From positions 107,446,001 to 107,510,000 of the forward strand of contig OX597817.1 in NCBI GenBank assembly GCA_951406725.2: a stretch of 64,000 nucleotides of DNA. Reading direction: 5' to 3'. Position numbers and translations under genes: made by a program. Positions 54,768 to 64,000 of this stretch are shown here, piece after piece. This DNA comes from Octopus vulgaris. Taxonomy: Eukaryota. The notes under the pieces are model-generated. The model was not told the DNA's origin and searched no databases. It saw only the letters and a list, made by a program, of their open reading frames with translations. The number at the start of each line of letters is the position of its first letter. Position 1 is the stretch's first letter.

Positions 54768-55576
54768 CAGCTCCCATATGTTTCGCTAGTCTTTTTGAGT
54801 AACGAAATGGAGACGAAAAGGTTACGAGATTACGCACCTGCTGCATAGGACAGTCATTCGAGATATTATCGTAGGAAACATCTCGGATTCATTTAACGAA
54901 CAGTTTTCTCTACAAAGCCTTTTCAAGCTGTCCCTACGCAAGGGAAACTGTAATCAGAATCAATGAGTATGGACCGAGTGTTTGCAACAGTGAATTCTGT
55001 TAGAGACATCCAGTGGTGGTATTAAAGCAGTCTAAATGACAGGCCTACAAAGCACCAAAAGGAAATTGTTATTTTTATTGTAGTATCCTAACTAGATAAG
55101 TTGGTCTGCATGGCACTGGCTCCCTCTGTCCATGCCAATCGTTTACATTTAGGGAAAGTCATGCACATAGCTGGGTGGCCTTTGTTATGACTATGGATGA
55201 CACGATGACATTGTATTAGGATGACAATTTGTCAGGAGGATGCATTGGAGTACTGTATCCTCCTGATACAGTTCTCCAATGACGATATTATAGTAGATTG
55301 CCAGATATACAAAGCTATCCAAACAATATGGGGTGACAGAAAACGGAAAAGGCGGAGGAAATGGAAAGTGGGACGGGAAATATATTTAAACAGAGATTGT
55401 ATATAGATAGAGTAAGTTGGCTCAAGATAGAAAAGTGAAATGGAGAGAAGACAAACAGAAAGAAAAGGAGACTGAAAGTACGTGGGAGGGAGATAGAGTA
55501 GATGTTGATATGTATGAATCACTAATGTGTATTTATAATTAGTTGCAATACATCGTAAATATATTTACAATAATTA

Positions 55577-55848
55577 GTGGTTAGGGCAGCGGACTCGCGG
55601 TTTCGATTTCCCGACCGGGCGTTGTGTGTGTTTATTGAGCGAAAACCCCTAAAAGCTCCACGAGGCTCCGGCAGGGGGTGGTGATCCCTGCTGTACTCTT
55701 TCATCACTCTTTCTCTCACTCTTTCTTCTGTTGGCCTGCTCGCTTAGCCAGCGGGGTGGCGTCATTCGAAGGCTAAAACAATGTGAACACATTGTGACCA
55801 GCGATGTGTAGCAACATCTGATGGTCTGGTCGGTCACGTGATCACGTG
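55577..55848 (+). mobile_element. tRNA-derived SINE family D with a 14-bp TSD
   Basis: Truncated head TAGTGGTTAGGGCAGCGG..GGTTTCGATT and tail (TCACGTGA)2. TSD ATTTACAATAATTA at 55563-55576 and 55849-55862. Confidence 0.85.
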
Positions 55849-56344
55849 ATTTACAATAATTATAGTGAATTTTGCTTATTAGAGATTAATAGGAAAAGTC
55901 AATTTCAGTAGATATCTTGATATTCCATGAAGAAATTATTTGAATAATTTAAAATGCGCTTCAACAAGCTTTACATGGTAGCAAGTCAAATTTGTTAACA
56001 TTTTGACCCACATCAAGCCTGATCGAATAAATTCATGGTCGAAAGCGTTCTAGCCAAAAACAACCAGTCAGTTTTGTATAACAGAGAGTACATTATGTAA
56101 TATCTCTTTCGGTTTTGAAGACAAAATGGTATAATTTAATGGAAATGTAATGAGCTATTTCTAGCAGGCCTAACAACTGTGTTGAACCTCTCTCGTTGGC
56201 TTGGTTTTTCATTACGTTATTGTAAGGATTTTACGTTATACTCTTTAAATCCTAGTTGTACGACTCCAACTGAGCAATGATGGCTCCGCTTCATCAGCAC
56301 ATTTAAAACATTCCCAATAAATAGTATATACCAAGTAAATATAT

Positions 56345-56565
56345 TTGGTTGAAAATTTTGTCACAACGCCAGCAATTCGTGGTGAGTTGGGGTGGCATAG
56401 GTCGTTTACATCGACCCAGTACTCGATTGGTACTTATTTTATTGACTCCGAAAGGATGAAAGGCAAAGTCAACCTTAGCGGAATTTGAAATCAAAACATA
56501 AAAACAGATGAAATGGCGCTAAGCGTTTTTCCCGGAGCGCTAACAATTCCGCCAGCTCGCAACTT
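56345..56565 (-). mobile_element. SINE family A
   Basis: CCGAAAGGATGAAAGGCAAAGTCAACC..GGAATTTGAA..CCGCCAGCTCGC. Confidence 0.8.
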
Positions 56566-57462
56566 TGCCAAATAAATATATTAAATTTATTTTTCTATTA
56601 ATTTTATAGTTGATTCACAAAGTGCATTATAATGGAGTGGAAAATTCGTACGTGTGTATATACACGTGTGTTCGTATATTTCTGTGTGTATGTGTGCCAG
56701 TGAGCGCACAAGTATGTTATAAAACAAAACCAATTAAGATGCTGATCTAGAAATAATCAGTTTCATGATTGGCGCTAATTAAGGCCCTATATCTCCTCGT
56801 GTTCGGAAAAACACTCAACCTGAATGAGTGCCAAGCACGAAACTTTAGGTAGCCCTCTTAGTATTTTTACTCGTATTTCTTTATAAATATAAATACATTA
56901 TTCAAGATGTTTGTATGCTTCTATCGGGTATCATATTTTTATATCATTTATTGACGTGATTGCGTAAGTGTGTGAGTGTGTGTGCCTATATATATATACA
57001 TACATACATACATACGCATATATATATATATAATATAAATGATATATACATTATGCATATATACATACATATATGTACATGTTTACATATATATATATAT
57101 GTGTATATACATGCATATATGGGTACAGGACATCGAAAAAAACCTAGACACAATGAGAAACGGATGCATAAAAGCAAAAACATAAAAAACGAACTGCTTT
57201 TCGAACAACGAAAAAAAAAGCAAAGAAACGAGACAAGCAACATAAAGAACATCCCCTTCATCAGTTGTCTCCTATTTCATCTAAACCGCGTTTAGAAGGT
57301 AAGGACAATACGCGACTTCGTTAAAACAGTCCTTCCCGCAAAGCAAATTAAATAAAATTTGGGATTTTTTGCGGGTGAAAGTGGTAACAAAACAGGGCAG
57401 TGAGAATAAGACAGTAAATACAAACGGTAAGGGCTTTTAAACCAAGACGATATATATATAAA

Positions 57463-58021
57463 GAAAAACAGCATGTTTTAAATCTCTGAGCGAGAGGAAA
57501 ACAGTAACAGTACCGGATAGTAATATTTATTAACCAACATAACGTGGGAGTCCTGTAAAGGATGCTGTTACTGTTGTTTTAGCCCCAGGAAAGCATCTTT
57601 TCCAGCTGGCTAACGAGACACAGTCTATGTTCGTATATAGCATTTGCAAGGGAGGTCATCGCTTCCATCTCTAGCTTTTACTGTTACTGTATTTCTCTCA
57701 GAGATTTAAAACATGTTGTTTTTCTCGAAACGGAATCAGTAACTGTGTGTCATTTAGAGAATATATAGTATTTGCGAGCGGAGATAGCTTTCGTCACTAG
57801 CTGGTAATTGTCTCACTGAAGACGGATAACATCCAGAAACCTAGGTCTGTGAGTATCACATGAGGCTAGAGATGGGAGTGATGACCTCCCTTGCAAATGC
57901 TATATATTGACACAGATTGTGTGTCGTTAGCCAACTGGAAATAGGTTTTCCTGGGGCTAAAACAACAGTAACAGCATCCTTTTCCTTTCTGCCACGTTAT
58001 GTTGGCATATAAACATTACTA
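57463..58021. mobile_element. Penelope-like pseudo-LTR unit with interleaved inverted repeats
   Basis: IR1 is 57518-57675 / 57865-58021 and IR2 is 57463-57512 / 57679-57724. A hammerhead lies in the spacer, with TA-rich flanks. Confidence 0.7.
57812..57853 (+). ncRNA. Minimal type-I hammerhead ribozyme motif with palindromic stem III
   Basis: CTCA-CTGAAGA-C-GGAT-aac-ATCC-A-GAAA-CCTAGG-TC-TGTGAG: GUC cleavage triplet and ACCTAGGT palindrome. Confidence 0.72.
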
Positions 58022-58034
58022 TATATATACCGTA

Positions 58035-58492
58035 ATGTCATTGGTAAGAAGTGTATTCGGGATGATGAAGGTACAATCACTATTGAGCTATTGATATTGA
58101 GAACAAGAAAGTGGCGTTTTATGAGATGTTGATGAGCATGGAGAAATGCATTGGGACAAAGAGGGACTACTTCATGGTGATCCTACAGAGAGACCAACAG
58201 ATCAAGTTGATAGCAGCGTGATAGATAAAACGATTAAAGACATTCATTTCTACTCACCTCGTACCTTGAGCGTCCACCTTAATACCTCAATAAATTACTA
58301 TTATCTTTTTCCTAGATTCAGATCCATCAAGGATAGTTACGGAGATAATCGAAATATTTGATAAAGCAGGTTACTTGATTACCATCCAGGTACTAAATAA
58401 AATTATACAGGAAGGTGTTATAGCCATTGACTGGCGTAGCAGTGTTATTGTCAAGTGCCACAAATGCAAAAGTGGTGTGTTAGAGAGAAGGT

Positions 58493-58532
<40 letters not shown>

Positions 58533-58632
58533 GAGACAGAGAGAGACAGAGAGAGAATAGTGGAGTCAAACTACTGGATCATGTTATGAAGGTCACGGAA
58601 AAAGTTATTATACAATTGATCCGTGACAGAGT
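58035..58632 (+). mobile_element. RTE-type LINE internal fragment (pre-RT and RT start)
   Basis: GKKCIRDDEG..WDKEGLLHGDPTERP..VDSSVIDKTIKD, IIQEGVIAIDWRSSVIVKCHK and GVKLLDHVMKVTEKVIIQLIRDRV. Confidence 0.75.
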
Positions 58633-59204
58633 ATATCGAATTTGGCCACCAGCCCCGAAGAAATATTGCAGATGTTATCTTCCTGGTGAGGCTTACTTCA
58701 CCAGCTCATATGTATCATTGATCATCCCCACCCTTACTCACCATTCACTACCTCCACCCATCAACGCTACCCAATCTCTAGTCGTCACCTACTTATTCTA
58801 TCTTACTGACTCTCCAAAGTATACTAATCAACTCTCGACAATTGCTCTTCATTTATTACAATCGCCCCCTCATCCATTTCCCATCTCTAATCATCTCTTA
58901 CTCTCCCCATACACTCTTGCAACGTATAACCACCCACTATTCCGATTATTCTTTTCGCACTCGCTCCTATTCACCTCGTACCTTAAGTGTTCACCCTAAT
59001 ACCTCAGCAGCATTATTTTTTTTTCCACCTCCACATTGGTACTCTTATAATCTCGTCTATAATGTGAGTTGCCATGTTGCTTCTCACAGCAAAGAACTTG
59101 TTTTGTTCTGGCTTTCTTTCTCTCATAACTTCAACCCTTCATCTCTACTGTAGTCCTACTCTGTCGAAGGACATTTTAGTTTTACATACTGTGTGATGAT
59201 CACA

Positions 59205-59395
59205 ATAGTGCTGGTTCCACGAAGAAAACACCCAATACACTCAGTAAAGTGATTGGCATTACGAATGCACAACCGTAGAAACCAAAGTAGACATTGGAGC
59301 ATGATGCAGTTTCCAGGCCCATCGGATTATGTCAAACTATTTAAACCCATGTCAGAATGGAACATGAACGATAACCGATGATGATAATGATAACA

Positions 59396-59487
<92 letters not shown>

Positions 59488-59540
59488 GATGATGAGGATG
59501 ACGATGATGATGATGATGAATGATGATGATGATGATGATA
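59205..59540 (+). mobile_element. RTE-type 3' end or SINE with a (GAT)n tail
   Basis: AACCCATGTCAGAATGGAACATGAACGATAACCG followed by a long (GAT)n at about 59375-59540. Confidence 0.55.
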
Positions 59541-61274
59541 CAAACATGTGTGTGTGTACATACATATATGTAAACAGACATATATACATACATAAATACA
59601 CGAGCACACACACACGCACACGCACACGCACGCGTGCGCATAAACTCGTGCGCATAAACTCGTGCGCACAAACAATCGTATCGGCTTACTATGTCGCTTT
59701 GTGCATTTAACATAGGCTAACATCTAGGGTCAGATTACTGACAGCTCTTCAAGACAAAGATTCAGAGACACATAGAGAACACATCCAAGGAAAGGATTCT
59801 AACTTAGTAAAATGTGTGTTTATCTTTTTAAGTAGGTCTATGATGAGCTTGTGTGTATTCGGTAATTCATTCTCTTTCTCTCTCTCACTCTCTCTTTCTT
59901 TCCTCCTTTCTTTCTTTTCTTCTTTCTTTCTTTCTTTCTTTCTTTTTCTGTCTCTCTCTTTATAACCCTTTCTCACTCTCTCACAATAACCAGATATTCT
60001 GACAGGCGCAAAATCCCTCCTTTCTTTCTTGCCTAAAGGGTGCAAAAATTGTAAGCGAAAAACTGTTCTAGACTTAGTCCTTTATCAGAAATCTATTAAA
60101 AAACTGTACTCCTTTCCGTAATTTAGTCCTATGAACACACACACACACACACACACACAAGTCTAAAAGTGCAGAAGGGAGTACGGTTTCTTGAATGTAG
60201 TTTGTATTGCAAACGTTAGAAAATTATCAAGTATTTTGATTTGTTACCAAAACAGCTGGTATCCAGGTGAGAAACGGATTAAAAGTGTAGGTAACTATGT
60301 TGACAGTTTGTTAGTTAGTTTGTTGGCAGGTAGTATGAAAGTTTATACTAAGTGGGTAGTTTCTTCTACTTTAACAGATGTCATGGCTTCCGATGCAATT
60401 ACGGACAGCTGAGTTTTTTGTATGGTTAGCGAGTTTTTTCTAGGTTTTGTTTTTCCGTGAGAAAAGTATCGTTTCGTTTATACAAGAGTCACCCACCACC
60501 AGCTAAAATAACGCTAACTATATATGACATATTATAAATACACTACGAAGAGAAAGCCGCTGGAAAAGGCCAAACGAATGATTCAAAATGAGGAAACTAT
60601 GTCACAGAAAGATCAAAATATTAATGAAAACAAAACTGAGAAAAACAAGCAATGTTATATAATCGACACTCTGTATCAGATATAAAAACAAGACGAGGTG
60701 GGAGTGTTATTCTATGACATTGTGTAACTCGATTTTTGTCCTTGGGTAGCAACTGTTAGTTCCTGCTTGTTTATCCTTAGAAAGTATGAAAAATGACTAA
60801 TATTTCTTCAAACTTTGTTTTTGAATCTGTCCGAAGTGTAGTGGAAAATAGACCAGTCTCAAAACATTGATGTCCAGGTCACAAACGCAAATTTTTAAAG
60901 TGAATAGTAGACTTTTTTTAAATTTCTTGACAGAAGCAAATATGATAACACATACAAAATAACAAAAACATTTTGTGATAAAGTATATTATGCTCTACAC
61001 AACTATTGAATATTCTTTGTTTTATGATGAAAAAAAATATATTGAATAAAATATTTCTATATTTATAACGCTTTCTCTCCCACCACATTCACATCAGCTA
61101 GAGTACAAATTTATACGGGAAGGGGGGATTATATTTCGTTCGTATAAATACCAAATGAAGATTTTTTCCAAAAGATTTTTCAGCAGTGTAGTGGACTTGA
61201 ATTCCTACATCTGAATATTTGAAATATAGGAACGCTCGAAGGTACAAACATGTATACAGACAGACGTTTGCATC

Positions 61275-61350
<76 letters not shown>

Positions 61351-61797
61351 GGACAGATAGACGACACAAAGGCGGACAAGAGAAGCAACAATTAGAAGGA
61401 CAGGCAAAAAAAGACGGGTCATTCTTGGCTTTCTTTCATCAGTCAAGTACCAGAATTCACGACCATTTCGGACAGTTATATTTGAGATGGTTCAATCTGG
61501 TTGTCCTCTAAAAAGTTTAAGCTAAGAGCATTAGACCCCTTTGTAAGAAAGCTAGCGAACATTTATTGCAACAAAGAAAGAAAAAACAAAAAACAAAAAC
61601 AGAGAGAACATGGTACACAATTACGAATACAAGAAATAACAAAAGGCGTCTTTCGACTGAGAACGATTCAAATTGAGCTGGCGTGTATGAAATGAAAGCC
61701 TAAAGGCAGGAACATGGGAGATGGACTATATATACATTCGTATCGTATGTATAGACAGACGTTCGTATCGTATATATATATATATATATAGGGGGGG

Positions 61798-61948
61798 GGG
61801 GAATTCACAAAAAAAGCAAAAGACGAAGACGGTTGATGTAGACAACAAACAGATGTATTAGTATAACGCTCTTCCACAGAAAGGAACACAGAAAGAAACA
61901 GAGAAAATAAAAAATGTGTAGTGGCTAGCGATCTATCATGGCGATCTA
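61798..61948 (-). mobile_element. Pseudo-LTR-like repeat, same family as 41808-41985, with the hammerhead partly deleted
   Basis: Shares TAGCCACTA..TTCCTTTCTGT.GAAGAGCGT..TAATACA.CTGTTTGTTGT.TACA..CCGTCTTCGTCTTTTGC. Confidence 0.7.
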
Positions 61949-61974
61949 TTATATATATATATATACATATATAG

Positions 61975-62258
61975 GTCGAACAGCTAGGTTACAGAGGCGT
62001 AAAGACACCAACATCGGTTGTCAAAAGATGGGGAAAACACAGACAAAAATACACACACACACACATTCACACATAAATATATACATATAGATATACGACG
62101 GGCTTCTTTTAAGTTTCTTTCTACCAGATCCACTCACAAGGCTTTGCTCAGCCGGTGGCCACAGCAGAAGACACTTGCTCAAATTGTCACGCAGTGGGAA
62201 TGAACCATGTGGGAATGAACCATTGGGAAGATCTCTTACCACTCAACTACGCCTGCGC
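61975..62258 (-). mobile_element. SINE family B, diverged
   Basis: CACCAACATCGGTTGTCAA, CGACGGGCTTCTTT and CCACTCACAAGGCTTTG motifs. Confidence 0.75.
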
Positions 62259-62355
62259 CTATACATACATACATACATACATACATACATACATACATAC
62301 ATACATACATACATACATACACACGCACATATATATGTATGTATGTATATATTTA

Positions 62356-62882
62356 CATATGAAATAAAAGCAGCTCTAGTATAATTATCATTAACTATAT
62401 ATACTTAATGTATATGCTTTGTGTATTTTCAGGTGGCGGCAATATCGTGACGGAGTGTGTGTGTGTGTGTGTGTGTACACATACACACACACACACACCT
62501 AAAGAGCATGGTGTAAGACACCTCAAAATCATAGACAGGCGAGATAACTTACCTTCAATCCCATCTGGATGTACTGGAGACCGGGTGTTTCGGTATTTCT
62601 GTGACTTGTCAACACCATATACCCGCCCGGGTAAAAGGCCAGTTACCTAGCCAGTCCACGACTTATATGCTCATGACTTGTAAAATCGTGTACTTGTATG
62701 CCCGGAAATTGCATACATAATAGAAAATTTCCATATGAACTAAAGGCAGCTCAGTATAATAAATATTATTAACTACGTATACTTAATATATATGCTTTGT
62801 GTATTTTCCAGTGGCTGCAATGGTGTGGTGGAGCGTATGCACACGCAAAGCGCTGGGTGTAAGACACCGCGAAGTCATAGAC

Positions 62883-62883
<1 letters not shown>
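62356..62883 (+). repeat. Partial tandem duplication (about 376-bp period, about 1.4 units)
   Basis: CATATGAA.TAAA.GCAGCTC..TATATGCTTTGTGTATTTTC..GGTGTAAGACACC..TCATAGACA at 62356-62537 and 62732-62883. Confidence 0.8.
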
Positions 62884-62944
<61 letters not shown>

Positions 62945-62958
62945 GTGTGTGTGTGTAG

Positions 62959-63043
<85 letters not shown>

Positions 63044-63074
63044 TACAGGGCTGAAAGATATAAAGGAATAAGAT

Positions 63075-63115
<41 letters not shown>

Positions 63116-63116
63116 T

Positions 63117-63159
<43 letters not shown>

Positions 63160-63666
63160 TGTATGAGTGTGTGTGCATACACAGATACAATATACATACG
63201 AGGGGTTGCTGAAAAGTTCCTGGCTTTAAGGGTGTCGCGAAAAGCCTGGATCATCGTAGTAATTTCGGCTGATTAATCTTGAGATTACTAGATCCGGCCA
63301 GCCCTCCAAGAAAAACTAAGCAACAAGCATTAGAAAAACTAAGCTGGGAGCGTAGGTTTCCTGGAAGAAGGATCGAATGCATACGAACACCGGGACAGCA
63401 AAGAGGACGAATATAAAAGGCAAAAAACAATAATGGAATACAGAAACATGAAATACAGAAGCATTAACGGTGAAAACAACAAGTGTCTTACGACTGATAA
63501 CAAGCAAACAAATTTTCTCTGGCGCATTTTGGAAAGGAGCCTTATCGGCGATGCCTTGGCGGCGGACGAAAAACAACGATGTTAACACGTATATAAATGT
63601 GTGTGTGTGTGTGTGTGTGTGAGTGAATGTATGAGTGTGTGTGCGTACACAGATACAATATACATA

Positions 63667-63870
63667 CGAGGGTGTTGCTGAAAAGTTCCTGGCTTTAAGG
63701 GTGTCGCGAAAAGTCTGGTTGGAGTCCCAACTTTCAGTGTTCTTTTACATGGCTTAGATAAACTGAAGGACAGTTGCAATAAGTGTTTGAATCTGAGAGG
63801 AGAATATGTTCAATAAAATCCTAATTAACTGTTCCTCGTGTATCTTCTTTCAGCCAAAACCAGGAAATTA
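63667..63870 (+). mobile_element. mariner-derived MITE (internal deletion derivative); its left end is duplicated at 63199-63249
   Basis: TA|CGAGGGTGTTGCTGAAAAGTTCCTGG TIR, a transposase C-terminal remnant [21 protein letters not shown] and a decayed right TIR CCAGGAA. Confidence 0.75.
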
Positions 63871-63871
63871 T

Positions 63872-64000
<129 letters not shown>

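Noticed and set aside
57250-57300. CTGATGA on the minus strand (also about 61436-61442) as hammerhead cores
   Set aside because: I could not identify a properly placed stem II and GAAA downstream.

Overview
AT-rich, extremely microsatellite-rich eukaryotic DNA with no recognisable host gene. The SINE families and repeat landscape resemble a cephalopod (Octopus-like) intergenic or intronic region; this is inferred from my recognition of the repeats, not from a search. The window is a transposable-element graveyard: a near-full-length RTE/BovB-type LINE, a 5'-truncated Penelope-like element (PLE; RT + GIY-YIG), a near-complete Tc1 DD34E element, mariner fragments, several old hAT transposase remnants, R4/Dong-type and CR1-type LINE fragments, a Helentron-associated element (HINE) and more than 30 SINE copies from at least four families. 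Most provided ORFs are microsatellite artefacts. Three structures stand out. (i) A set of minimal type-I hammerhead ribozyme motifs, several inside long inverted repeats embedded in (TA)n, i.e. non-autonomous PLE/retrozyme-like units. (ii) Head-to-tail multimeric SINEs with the same junction at two loci, one inserted as a single trimer with a 17-bp target-site duplication (TSD). (iii) A four-level nested insertion, hAT > SINE > MITE > RTE. Coordinates of degraded elements are approximate.
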